DNA of 64,000 nt from a virus, in the IMG/VR virus record IMGVR_UViG_3300024348_000023, positions 8,169-72,168 of that record. One strand, written 5' to 3'. A program made the translations under genes and the position numbers. Each line of letters opens with the position of its first letter. Within the stretch, counting starts at the first letter, position 1. This document shows positions 47,909-57,599 of this stretch, piece after piece. The notes under the pieces were generated by a model. It was not told the DNA's origin, made no database searches, and was given only the letters and a program-made list of their open reading frames with translations.

Positions 47909-50755
47909 ATGGCAGATGCATTAGGCGATTTAGCAATAGTTCCAGTAACGAGTAGTGATACTAATTACTTTTTGCGTAAAGTAACTGGATTAAAAATTGA
48001 TAAAACTTATTCATTTAAATTTCAATGGGTTTTAGAGGATGGAACAGTAAGTGATTGGTCTCCAGGATATCAAATAGTAACTCCTACAGAAAGCATACCC
48101 ACAGCCCCTTCAGCAGTAGTTCCTTCTACTTCAGTTGGTAATATTCCAGTAACACTTTCTGCATTCCCAGCAAATGCTAAGCGTGTAGATATATATGTAA
48201 TAGGTGGAATTTATGGATCAGGTAAAGTTGTTGATTCATTTTTGTCTGCGGGAACAAAAACAATTTCAATTTCAGAGCCAGGGGAATACTTAGTTACATT
48301 AATATCTGTTACTCCATCAGGCATTAATGGAACTCCAACAAATTCATTTGCAATTACAGTTTCAGCAAGCAGCGTTGACACCACAGTTCTACCTGGAGCC
48401 CCTGCATCAGTTGTTGTAACAGGCTTTAATGAACCATCAGACCCATTAAATAGAACTGGGTATGTAAACATAAGCTTTACCGCAGGAAGCTCGGCAAAAG
48501 GACATACGATTGGTTTATGGACATCAAATCCAGGATCAAATGATCCAGTTAAAGTAATAACTGCCGACGGCACATCAACAAAAATTGATGGCTTGTTTGT
48601 AGGTTCAACATACTATTTTAAAGTAAGATCATTTAATCAATTTAATAACACCTCTTCCTGGGTTGCACCTCTTGCAAATTATCCAGTTACTATACCTGGA
48701 ACAATACTGGTGCCTGGCGCAGTTACTATTTCTGGAACAGCTGCACCAAAAAGTATTGTAGTTTCATGGGGAGATCCATCAAGCAATGCATCTCTTGTAA
48801 CAAATGGAGGGTATTATGAAGTAAATTTATATACCAATAGTTCTGGAACAGGATCACCTATTGAAACTAGAAAAGCTTGGAGTAATCAAGCTTCTTTCTC
48901 AGGTTTAACAACAGGAGTTTCATATTGGGTTACAGTTAAACCATATACAGCAGGAAGCACACCTATTGCTGGAACTCTATCATCAGTTTATGGGCCATTA
49001 ATTCCTACAGCAATTGATAACCCAGATTTAAAGGGCGACTTTATATTAGCAAGTAATCAGTTGCAAGTGGGTTCAACAAGCGGGGCAAACGATATACATT
49101 TAAGTGCATATACAAAAACTGTAGATTCACTATCCACAGCTGGAAGAATTTATATTGGTGGTCCAGAAACTAGCGGAAGTGTTGCGGTAGGACTCTATAA
49201 TAATTCGGGTACACCATTCTATGCAGATAACCTAGGAAGATTTTCATTAGGAGATAAACTAACATGGAGTGGTAATTTAGCTACACCAGCACTAAATATA
49301 AAAGGAACAATAGATGTAACTGGGCCAAGCACATTCTCTAGCTATGTACTATCTGGTGCAACTAGCTCATCTTTTGTTGGAATTGGGTATCAGGTTCCAT
49401 ATAGACTTTCTAATACATTGCAAACTGGTGCAAATGGATTAACTGGTCTTGTAATTAATAGCAGTGGAACAGTTGCAAATAGTGATTATATAAAATCAGA
49501 TGGAACATTTAGACTTGCCGCTGGCGCATTAACATTTAGCAGCGGAGTTCTTGCGGTAACTGGAAATATTACAGCAAATGCTATTGCGGCTAATACAGAC
49601 ATTAGTGGAGCAACGGGAACTTTTACTGGGCCTTTGAGCGTAGGAACAACCACTCTTGCAAATATTACAGGGGCATCTTCTGTAACAGTAAATAGCGTTA
49701 CTAGAGTAAGATTTATTGCTGAAAATGCTTTAAGAGCAAATGATTCTGTTACTATAAGTGGTATTGCACAAAACCAAGTCTTTGCTTACTGGGCTGGACC
49801 AGGAAATACTAATCCAGTATATAATTATTTTAATAATCCATTTAATTTAGGAACAGTAACTGTTTATGAAGCAGGTGCAACCTATTTTGATATTCAAAGC
49901 AGTGTAACTGGAACGTATACTTCTGGTGGAACAGCAACTGGAACTGCCTTTAGAGTAAGTTCTACTGGATTAGTTAGAGGCGCAGCAGGACAAATTGGTG
50001 GTTGGGTTATTGATGTAACTAAATTAAGAAGCGCATCAGGCTCAATATCTTTAGATCCAATAACCCCACAGATAACAATACAAGGATCTGGTGGGTACTC
50101 TGGATATAATATAACACTTGCACCTCCAACAGGAATAACAGCAGGATCAACATTTTCTGTAACTCCAGCAGGATATCTTACTTCAACAAGTGGTAGTATT
50201 GCTGGCTGGTCAATTGGATCAAGCGCTATTTCTAAATCTACTACCTATACCGACCCAACCTTTGGTCTAACAACTTTAACAACTACACTCGGATCTTCTG
50301 GAAATATTACTATATCATTAGATACAGGCTCAGACTTCTTAAAAAATTCTTTATTCGTTGTAAAGAGTACAGCAAGCGAAACTCAAATAGGTCCCTCATA
50401 TATAAATATGCAAATTGCAGCAGTTCCTGCTTTTTCAGTTCCATCTGGAAGCATGTACATGGGTGTGTCAGCTTTGTCGCCAAGTTCATATTCAATATAT
50501 TGGCAAGGATCATCACAGTCATCTGGGTATTCATCCTTTAAATGGCAATGGCTTAATTATCAAGGTGCCGAACGAACAGCAAATACTGCAGGAGCACAAG
50601 GATATGATACACTTCCTCAAAACGTAAGACCTTTGGTTGTAGATACGCAAGGTTATCAATGGCTTGGAGCAACAAATTATTTTTCAACAACCCAAACAAC
50701 AACACCGTCAACTGGCACAGGGCAAGATGGCGACTTCTTCTTTAGTACAGCGTGA
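47909..50755 (+). CDS. FN3-repeat tail fibre/central fibre protein
   Basis: GL..G..YYFKVR FN3 motifs and G.IGGW repeats. Confidence 0.7.
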   Translation: MADALGDLAIVPVTSSDTNYFLRKVTGLKIDKTYSFKFQWVLEDGTVSDWSPGYQIVTPTESIPTAPSAVVPSTSVGNIPVTLSAFPANAKRVDIYVIGGIYGSGKVVDSFLSAGTKTISISEPGEYLVTLISVTPSGINGTPTNSFAITVSASSVDTTVLPGAPASVVVTGFNEPSDPLNRTGYVNISFTAGSSAKGHTIGLWTSNPGSNDPVKVITADGTSTKIDGLFVGSTYYFKVRSFNQFNNTSSWVAPLANYPVTIPGTILVPGAVTISGTAAPKSIVVSWGDPSSNASLVTNGGYYEVNLYTNSSGTGSPIETRKAWSNQASFSGLTTGVSYWVTVKPYTAGSTPIAGTLSSVYGPLIPTAIDNPDLKGDFILASNQLQVGSTSGANDIHLSAYTKTVDSLSTAGRIYIGGPETSGSVAVGLYNNSGTPFYADNLGRFSLGDKLTWSGNLATPALNIKGTIDVTGPSTFSSYVLSGATSSSFVGIGYQVPYRLSNTLQTGANGLTGLVINSSGTVANSDYIKSDGTFRLAAGALTFSSGVLAVTGNITANAIAANTDISGATGTFTGPLSVGTTTLANITGASSVTVNSVTRVRFIAENALRANDSVTISGIAQNQVFAYWAGPGNTNPVYNYFNNPFNLGTVTVYEAGATYFDIQSSVTGTYTSGGTATGTAFRVSSTGLVRGAAGQIGGWVIDVTKLRSASGSISLDPITPQITIQGSGGYSGYNITLAPPTGITAGSTFSVTPAGYLTSTSGSIAGWSIGSSAISKSTTYTDPTFGLTTLTTTLGSSGNITISLDTGSDFLKNSLFVVKSTASETQIGPSYINMQIAAVPAFSVPSGSMYMGVSALSPSSYSIYWQGSSQSSGYSSFKWQWLNYQGAERTANTAGAQGYDTLPQNVRPLVVDTQGYQWLGATNYFSTTQTTTPSTGTGQDGDFFFSTA

Positions 50756-50760
50756 TATAA

Positions 50761-52881
50761 ATGCCTAGTATATGGAGAAAAACTGGCGGAAGCTGGGTTA
50801 AACTTAAAACAGTTTATAGAAAAACTGGTGGAAGCTGGCAGTCTGTAAAAAGAGTGTGGAGAAAAACAGCAGGAGCTTGGCAACTTGTTTTTTTGCAAGC
50901 GCTAACTCCATCAATTCAAACTAAAGTTACTATATCAGCTTCAACTTCTGCTACTCAAACCAGAACTCTTGTCGGAAGAGTTTACTTCTGGTCTAATGCT
51001 ACGGGGGTAACTTATCAGTTTGCAAAAAGCATAAACGATATATCTTATACAAACATCACTGGTGCATCAGGAACATCAACAAACCCTTCATCTGGTGGAA
51101 GCAATACCAATGATCAATATTTTTTAAGTCAATCTGATTTAACACCAAATACAACAAATTATTATAAATATATCTCTAAGGCAGTCAATTCAACTTTTGG
51201 AACAGAGCAAACATCTTCTTCGGATTCTATAGCAATAGAAGCCCCAAGAGACTTATCTCTTTCTGCAACAAAGACATCTAAGACCGTAACGGTAAATTTT
51301 ACAAATGACACCTACTCTGGAAGATACGAATATCAATATAAAAAAACTGCAGACACTGCGTGGAGTTCATCTTTTTATGTAGCACCTGGTGCAACTGAAA
51401 CATCTTTTACTGTTAGTTCTTTAGATAGCAGCACTAATTATAGCTTCCAGGTAAGAGGCTGGACTGGAACCGCTAATGGTTACGGATATTATGGAAACTG
51501 GGCTACTGTATCAGCAACAACAAATGCTCCCGCTGTGCCAAATCCGCCAACAAACATTACTTATAATACAATATCAAAAGACTCATATTTTATTCAATGG
51601 ACATCTCCAGTTACTGATGCAACACATGATGCAGCAACAGGATTTGATTTTGGTTCAAGCTCTAGCAATACAACTCAGCCAGCAACAGAGGTAACCGCCG
51701 CTGGAGTTTCAAACACTCAATGGAAAACTATTACAATAGTAGATAGACCAAACAACAATGAACTAATAAGCAGCCTAGCAGCTGGCACAACATACTACGG
51801 TTGGGTTAGATCAAGAAATGCAGGAGGAGTTTCTGCATGGGCAGTAGGAGCAGCTGTTACAACAACTGCATTAAAACCACCAAATAATATAACTGGTCTT
51901 GCAAAAGATACGACTGTAGATTCAGAAACAAGTTTAAAATTTACTTGGACAGCTGGCGCTGCTACGAGTACAAATGGAGCCGCAACAAGCTTTATGTATT
52001 CTTACAACACCTCAAATACTGCCCCTACAGATGGAGGCACATATGAAACATCTGACTCTACAACAAACGTTACTTTAACAGGCTTAACAGCAAATACAAC
52101 CTATTTTATTTTTATTAAAGCAAAAAATGCTGACGGACTATCAAGCACTTGGGTTAGCGCAAGTGGAAAAACAAAAGCAACAGCAAATCCTCCAGGTCCC
52201 GTAGCAACTGCTTCTGCAGGAAATGCATCACAATCAGGATTTAGATTTTCTTGGACACAAGGAACTGGAGGAAATCCTACAACATATTTAATTGCATTAA
52301 GCACATCAACTACAGAGCCAACTAGTGAAAATATTTTTAGCTATGATAATTTTTATTATGAATCAGGGACTGGAACAAACTATACATTTTCAGGTCTTTC
52401 CTCTAGTACAACTTATTATTGTTGGGTAAAAGCTAGAAATGCAGACGGTACATCAACTTCTGTTAGAAGAACGGCAACGACAGCTGCTGCTCCAACTGTA
52501 GGAGCCCCATCATGGACTTCGGCAACAAACTTTCAAAGAGTCACATCTGGCACGGCAAACTTTAGGTGGGGGTGGGGAAATACAGGCACACTATCTCCAA
52601 CAACTGGAACTTATACAACAATGACTAGAAACGGAATGTTTTGGGAATTTTATACATCGCTTACTGGTACAACCCCTTCCAACTCAGGATATAAATCTCA
52701 AACTACAACAAATGACAATAGAGTAGCCGTAAATGGAACTAACTTTCCCTATTTATTGTGGAGTGCGGGTACATCTCCAGATGTTACTTATAGCGCCAAT
52801 CCAAGATATGTTAGAGTTCAAGCTGACTCCTATGATTATGAAGGAAAATTTTGGCAGTCTGCATGGACGGCACGAATATGA
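50761..52881 (+). CDS. FN3-repeat receptor-binding/tail protein
   Basis: Triple RKT.G.W N-terminal repeat and four L...T.Y...VR/KA.N FN3 motifs. Confidence 0.75.
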   Translation: MPSIWRKTGGSWVKLKTVYRKTGGSWQSVKRVWRKTAGAWQLVFLQALTPSIQTKVTISASTSATQTRTLVGRVYFWSNATGVTYQFAKSINDISYTNITGASGTSTNPSSGGSNTNDQYFLSQSDLTPNTTNYYKYISKAVNSTFGTEQTSSSDSIAIEAPRDLSLSATKTSKTVTVNFTNDTYSGRYEYQYKKTADTAWSSSFYVAPGATETSFTVSSLDSSTNYSFQVRGWTGTANGYGYYGNWATVSATTNAPAVPNPPTNITYNTISKDSYFIQWTSPVTDATHDAATGFDFGSSSSNTTQPATEVTAAGVSNTQWKTITIVDRPNNNELISSLAAGTTYYGWVRSRNAGGVSAWAVGAAVTTTALKPPNNITGLAKDTTVDSETSLKFTWTAGAATSTNGAATSFMYSYNTSNTAPTDGGTYETSDSTTNVTLTGLTANTTYFIFIKAKNADGLSSTWVSASGKTKATANPPGPVATASAGNASQSGFRFSWTQGTGGNPTTYLIALSTSTTEPTSENIFSYDNFYYESGTGTNYTFSGLSSSTTYYCWVKARNADGTSTSVRRTATTAAAPTVGAPSWTSATNFQRVTSGTANFRWGWGNTGTLSPTTGTYTTMTRNGMFWEFYTSLTGTTPSNSGYKSQTTTNDNRVAVNGTNFPYLLWSAGTSPDVTYSANPRYVRVQADSYDYEGKFWQSAWTARI

Positions 52882-53123
52882 TGTTTTCTTTATATGATAA
52901 AATAGGTATGGTTGAAGATCGGATAATAACAAAATCCAAAGAAAGAGATTTGCTGTGGGAAAAAATTAATTCAGAGGGTCTTTATTGGGAGGATATCCCA
53001 GACCATGAGTATATGAAGCAGATGGAAGTTTTCAGGGTAGTAATTAATGCTTTAATGGTAGAAAGAAATACCTTGTATGAAACGATAGAGAATGATATAA
53101 TGGGTAAAGGAGGTCCACAATGA
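52878..53123 (+). CDS. Hypothetical protein
   Basis: ATGA overlap with the upstream stop. Confidence 0.55.
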   Translation: MMFSLYDKIGMVEDRIITKSKERDLLWEKINSEGLYWEDIPDHEYMKQMEVFRVVINALMVERNTLYETIENDIMGKGGPQ

Positions 53124-53344
53124 CTTATGAACTAGGAAATGAAGAAAAAATTAATATGGTAAATCAGCATATTAAAAACTTAAGCTACTCTAAGTATGAT
53201 TTAGAGCTATCAAAGCTGGAGGCTTTGGCAGTACACACAGCCGAAGAGGTTGCTGCTATGGCATATCAAAATCAAATAGATGAAGTTACATCTAAAATAC
53301 TAAAATTAGAAGAAATTTTAGACACACTAGCCCCAACAGAATAG
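53120..53344 (+). CDS. Hypothetical coiled-coil protein
   Basis: SD AAGGAGGT; upstream TGATATAAT at 53093-53101. Confidence 0.7.
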   Translation: MTYELGNEEKINMVNQHIKNLSYSKYDLELSKLEALAVHTAEEVAAMAYQNQIDEVTSKILKLEEILDTLAPTE

Positions 53345-53354
53345 GGATATTAAA

Positions 53355-53525
53355 ATGGATAAAGCTGAATTAATTATAACTGCATTACAGCAAAGAATAG
53401 GTGAAATTGTCTCAAACTACGAGACACAGATTGCAATTCTTCGTGCAGATATAACGCAACAAATGCAAGAGTTTGAAGAAAAAGAAAAAGCAGTAAAAGA
53501 ATTTCAAGATTCTTTAGAGGCATAA
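53355..53525 (+). CDS. Small coiled-coil protein (56 aa, not in the ORF track)
   Basis: MDKAELIITALQQRIGEIVSNYETQIAILRADITQQMQEFEEKEKAVKEFQDSLEA fills the gap between its neighbours. Confidence 0.7.
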   Translation: MDKAELIITALQQRIGEIVSNYETQIAILRADITQQMQEFEEKEKAVKEFQDSLEA

Positions 53526-53538
53526 GGAGAAATAAAAA

Positions 53539-53958
53539 ATGGCATTTAATGACGGAGAGCCAATTGACGCAGCCAAACTTGGCGCATTAGAAACATCTCT
53601 TGCAGAAATAAAAGCAAAGGTTCCTCAATTTGGATCCTCTACTACTAATATCTCAATTGACAATTCAAGCATTCAGAATGCTGTTGTTCCACAGATTTTT
53701 GGCGGGGTTAGCGGAGAAGTTTTAATTAATCCAGGACAAACTTCTACATTTACAATTAATTATTCTGCAGCTAAACTAACATCACCACCTAAATCTATTA
53801 TATTAACACCATATAGAAACTCTGGAATTGCACACAATCAGGCTTATGTTGTAAAGGATTCAGTTAGCAATACAACAGCACAGTGCAAAGTTTTTCAAGA
53901 AAAAGGCTATACTGCAGGTAAGACCTTGTTTTATTTCTTAGTAATTCAACACTCCTAG
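53539..53958 (+). CDS. Hypothetical short fibre-like protein
   Basis: SD AAGGAG; F.DG.PI.A..L..L N-terminus and beta-rich C-terminus. Confidence 0.65.
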   Translation: MAFNDGEPIDAAKLGALETSLAEIKAKVPQFGSSTTNISIDNSSIQNAVVPQIFGGVSGEVLINPGQTSTFTINYSAAKLTSPPKSIILTPYRNSGIAHNQAYVVKDSVSNTTAQCKVFQEKGYTAGKTLFYFLVIQHS

Positions 53959-53960
53959 TA

Positions 53961-53988
53961 TTGACAATTTAAACCTATATGTTACAAT
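53961..53988 (+). promoter_or_regulatory. Near-consensus sigma70 promoter
   Basis: TTGACA-N16-TACAAT with a TG extension, overlapped by the palindrome ATGTTACA-N5-TGTAACAT. Confidence 0.65.
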
Positions 53989-54000
53989 TACTGTAACATC

Positions 54001-54025
54001 AAAGTCACGTACCCGTGACTTTTTT
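54001..54025 (+). terminator. Intrinsic terminator-like hairpin
   Basis: AAAGTCACG-TACC-CGTGACTTTTTT. Confidence 0.7.
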
Positions 54026-54041
54026 CGTATTAAGGTAGACA

Positions 54042-54845
54042 ATGAGTAACGATTTAAAATGGATGTTATCATCCGATCAGCAGTTCCCGTATCAAGATGA
54101 TAAGATGATAGCCCTATGGTTTAAGGTCATGAAGTGGTTTAAGCCAGATGTTGTGGACTACCTTGGAGATACAGACGACCAAGCCTGCTATAGCAAGTAT
54201 ACTGAAGGACGATCAGCAGAGTTTTTAGAGCATCATAAGAATGATAGCAAAGATTTAATTGTTCCAATGATGCGCCATGAAGCAAAGGGCGCTAGAGATT
54301 TTTATACAAAAACAAGAGAGATGCTCCCAGACGCACAGCTATTTTCTGCATTAGGAAATCACGACATCCGTATCTTTGATTATGTTGACAAGAAGCTTCC
54401 AGACTATGCAAGCGAAGTAACACCAGAGGCTTTGTGGAGCTTAGACTCTTTGGGGTACGACTATATTTATTATGATAGTCTTCCACGAAAGCGATTCGGA
54501 GATATTCACGTACACCATGGACTTTCAATTGCAGCAGGCGGGGCAGTAAGAAAAGATATGGAAGACATGCAGGTATCTTTAATTAGAGGACACTCTCACA
54601 GAATTGCATCGCATATGGTAACATATGAACTTAGAAACAATGGTGAGGGAGAGACCTTGCGTGGATACGAAATCGGTCACATGTGTGATGAAAAGGGTCC
54701 AGGCATGAAGTATACTCAACACCATGATTGGCAAAAAGGTTTTGCCATTGCACATATTGAAAATGGAGAGTACCCACACGTTCAAATGATTCATGTGTCT
54801 CCTAATTATACTTGTGTAGTTGATGGAAAGATGTTTAGCTTATAA
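54042..54845 (+). CDS. Calcineurin-like metallophosphoesterase
   Basis: SD.Q, LGD..D, GNHD, HG and GHSHR motifs. Confidence 0.85.
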   Translation: MSNDLKWMLSSDQQFPYQDDKMIALWFKVMKWFKPDVVDYLGDTDDQACYSKYTEGRSAEFLEHHKNDSKDLIVPMMRHEAKGARDFYTKTREMLPDAQLFSALGNHDIRIFDYVDKKLPDYASEVTPEALWSLDSLGYDYIYYDSLPRKRFGDIHVHHGLSIAAGGAVRKDMEDMQVSLIRGHSHRIASHMVTYELRNNGEGETLRGYEIGHMCDEKGPGMKYTQHHDWQKGFAIAHIENGEYPHVQMIHVSPNYTCVVDGKMFSL

Positions 54846-55030
54846 TGTGGTGCGGTAAATGTGGAGGAAGAGTTTTTGTTGATAGAGTATTTTCACAAAA
54901 ACTTCATTGTGAGCTTTTCTGCGTTATGTGCGGAAAACGCTGGATGGTTAATAAGGAAACGAGTGTTTTTGGTAAATGGTTAGACGCAAAAGAAACGGCA
55001 ACCTTAAAGAACTACGGTATTTCTTCTTAA
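54845..55030 (+). CDS. Zn-ribbon protein
   Basis: CGKCGG...CVMCGKRW. Confidence 0.75.
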   Translation: MWCGKCGGRVFVDRVFSQKLHCELFCVMCGKRWMVNKETSVFGKWLDAKETATLKNYGISS

Positions 55031-55461
55031 ACGATAAGATACATAAAGTTTTAAGGTCATCTAGATCTAAAGATGAACTTGTTGCTTGGTGCTATCCAGA
55101 CAGCAAAAGAGTTTTATATTCTTATTCTCAGGTGTATAAGCATTTGGGTAAAGCCTACAGCGTAAAGCAAGTAGGATTACTTTTAAATAAACATAGTGTA
55201 ACTATTCATGATTATATAATTGAAGGTAAAATAAAAACTCCATCAAAGATATATCCAATCGGTGATCCTACAAATGAAAACTGGTCTAAGTATTTATTTA
55301 GCGAATCAGACATATTGGACATACATCAATTTATTTTAGACGCTGGGCATTCAAATAATATGCCATCAAGGGCGGAATTATTGGGGCTTCTCAAACACAA
55401 CATTATATTGTATACTAAGAGCTCAGAGGGTAAGTTCATACCTGTATGGAAGGCGGAATAA
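54976..55461 (+). CDS. HTH DNA-binding protein (MerR/excisionase-like HTH)
   Basis: YSVKQV..LLNKH..TI..YI..GKI. Confidence 0.6.
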   Translation: MVRRKRNGNLKELRYFFLNDKIHKVLRSSRSKDELVAWCYPDSKRVLYSYSQVYKHLGKAYSVKQVGLLLNKHSVTIHDYIIEGKIKTPSKIYPIGDPTNENWSKYLFSESDILDIHQFILDAGHSNNMPSRAELLGLLKHNIILYTKSSEGKFIPVWKAE

Positions 55462-55571
55462 TGGCAAGCAGTCGTATAGTTATATGCCCTGAGTGTAATA
55501 AAGAGCTTGAAGTAAGATCTGATTTTGCACACATGACATTATCTAACCATATTAAGAAGGAGCACAGATGA
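55461..55571 (+). CDS. 36-aa C2H2 zinc-finger microprotein (not in the ORF track)
   Basis: MASSRIVICPECNKELEVRSDFAHMTLSNHIKKEHR, with TAATG and ATGA overlaps on either side. Confidence 0.7.
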   Translation: MASSRIVICPECNKELEVRSDFAHMTLSNHIKKEHR

Positions 55572-55768
55572 CAACAAGAGTTAAAGTAGACCTATCATTC
55601 ACACGCAACCTTGGTAACTATGAAAGCATTAAGATTGGCGTAGGGGTTGAAGACGATATCCGTGATGGAGAAAGCGTAGATTCGGCTACTGAAAGAGTTT
55701 ATAAGTTTGTTGAAGACAAGCTTATTGAAAAGACTCGTGAGGTGGAAGAAGAACTAAAGCGTGGCTAA
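55568..55768 (+). CDS. Hypothetical phage protein
   Basis: T.NLGNYES.KI motif. Confidence 0.75.
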   Translation: MTTRVKVDLSFTRNLGNYESIKIGVGVEDDIRDGESVDSATERVYKFVEDKLIEKTREVEEELKRG

Positions 55769-56078
55769 TGAAAAACAGCCATATATTCTTATCGGGTTAT
55801 ATCTTTCTTTATACAAAGAGAAGTATAACAAAACCGTAACTATTAACAAGTTCCGTGAAAAATGGGCTATGCAAGATGTAATTGATAGTGTAGGATATGA
55901 TCGTGCAGTAGAGCTGTTACAGTACTACTTCAAGACGAATAAGTCTGGGCATCCGTTAAACTTCTTTTACAATAACTTTGATAGGATTGACCAGCTAGAA
56001 AAAGAAATTAAAAAGGATAAGGCAGTTCGCAGTATTCTGTTAGAGGAAACTAAAAAGATGGTGGAGGGCAAAGAGTGA
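55761..56078 (+). CDS. Hypothetical protein upstream of the helicase (possible loader/initiator)
   Basis: Coupled to dnaB by a GTGA overlap; function is suggested by position only. Confidence 0.6.
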   Translation: MANEKQPYILIGLYLSLYKEKYNKTVTINKFREKWAMQDVIDSVGYDRAVELLQYYFKTNKSGHPLNFFYNNFDRIDQLEKEIKKDKAVRSILLEETKKMVEGKE

Positions 56079-57319
56079 ATACAGAAGCAACTTTAATTTC
56101 TGCCGTATGTAAGAATAAAGATATCAGTACACTACTTGCAGACAATGTAGATGAGCTATTTACTTCTCACAAAGATATTTGGGAAGGCCTAAAGTCATAC
56201 TACTATAAGTTTAAGGCTGTGCCAGAAGCTGGAATCCTTCAAGAAAAGTTTAAAGACTTTGAGCCAGTAGAAGCCAAGGCAGAGACTGGATATTACTTAG
56301 ACCAACTTAAGAATGAGTTTATATCAAATAAACTGAAGAGCATTATTATTCGTGGTGGCTCAGCATTAAAAGAAGATGCAGCATCTAGAGTGCTTGCACA
56401 AATGCAAAGCGACTTGGCAAACCTAAGTCGTTTTACAAACAATGTCAGAGACTTAGATATTATTGATGTTGAAAATGCAGCACGACATTACGAGGCAGTT
56501 AAAGAGAGATCATCTGTAATGGGTGGCGCACCAGGAATCCTAACTGGCTTCAGTGCAATTGACAAGGCTTATCCTACAGGAATGGCCCCAGGCCACCTTA
56601 TTGTGGCTATTGGCTGGCCAGGACGTGGTAAGACATGGTTTACATCATATCTCGCCTGCAAGGCTTGGGAGCAGGGCTTTAAGCCAATGATTGTATCTCT
56701 TGAAATGTCTCCAGAAAATATGCGTGACCGTATCTTTACAATGCTCGGCTCAGGATTATTCCGTGCAAGTGATTTGTCAAAGGGAGACATTAACATTGAT
56801 GATTTCCGATCATGGGGAAATAAAAAGTTTGAGGGCAAGAACAGCTTTGTACTAATTTCAAATGAAGGTGCTGCAGAAGTTACTCCTGCAACAATTCAAG
56901 GCAAGATTGATCAGCATAAACCAGATCTAGTTATTCTTGATTATCACCAGCTATTTAACGATAACAAGCGAAGCAATTCTGAAGTTGAACGTAACCGAAA
57001 TGTTTCTCGTGAGTTTAAAATGCTTGCAGTTTCAAACAACATTCCTATTATTGATATTACTGCAGCAACTGCAGATGATGTGTCAGACCAAGACAATCCG
57101 CCAATGATGTCTCAGGTTGCATGGTCAAAAGCAATTGAGTACGATGCAGATATGGCTCTTGCTGTACATAGATATCCACAAACTAATATGATTGAGATTG
57201 TGTCTAGAAAAAATAGACATGGTCATGACTTTAATTTCTATCTAGACTGGGATATCAACCGTGGTATCGTCAAAGAGATTTACGAGAACCCATTCCAGAA
57301 TGACGCACAAAAGAATTAA
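56075..57319 (+). CDS. dnaB: DnaB-like replicative helicase
   Basis: Walker A GWPGRGKT, SLEM, ILDY, IE.DAD and KNRHG. Confidence 0.92.
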   Translation: MNTEATLISAVCKNKDISTLLADNVDELFTSHKDIWEGLKSYYYKFKAVPEAGILQEKFKDFEPVEAKAETGYYLDQLKNEFISNKLKSIIIRGGSALKEDAASRVLAQMQSDLANLSRFTNNVRDLDIIDVENAARHYEAVKERSSVMGGAPGILTGFSAIDKAYPTGMAPGHLIVAIGWPGRGKTWFTSYLACKAWEQGFKPMIVSLEMSPENMRDRIFTMLGSGLFRASDLSKGDINIDDFRSWGNKKFEGKNSFVLISNEGAAEVTPATIQGKIDQHKPDLVILDYHQLFNDNKRSNSEVERNRNVSREFKMLAVSNNIPIIDITAATADDVSDQDNPPMMSQVAWSKAIEYDADMALAVHRYPQTNMIEIVSRKNRHGHDFNFYLDWDINRGIVKEIYENPFQNDAQKN

Positions 57320-57599
57320 AAGATTTCAAATTGATGTAGAGTTTCATGATAATGCTCAACTGATTAGCTTAAAGCCACAGTACGAGACACTATTAACTCA
57401 TGACATGAGATCAAAAGGATATGCTAGGGTACTTGACATAGACACTGCATTTTCGGTAGAATTTACAGGAGAGACGTGGAAGTTCTTAATGACACTTCAC
57501 GGAGTATACGTTGGAAAGAAGCAGGCATGGCTATCAGAGGGTATAACGCAAGGAAAGTTGATTCCACGCACTATGCGCCAAACCACATCAAGTCAATAA
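57300..57599 (+). CDS. Hypothetical protein between helicase and primase
   Basis: MTHKRIKRF... overlaps both neighbours. Confidence 0.65.
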   Translation: MTHKRIKRFQIDVEFHDNAQLISLKPQYETLLTHDMRSKGYARVLDIDTAFSVEFTGETWKFLMTLHGVYVGKKQAWLSEGITQGKLIPRTMRQTTSSQ

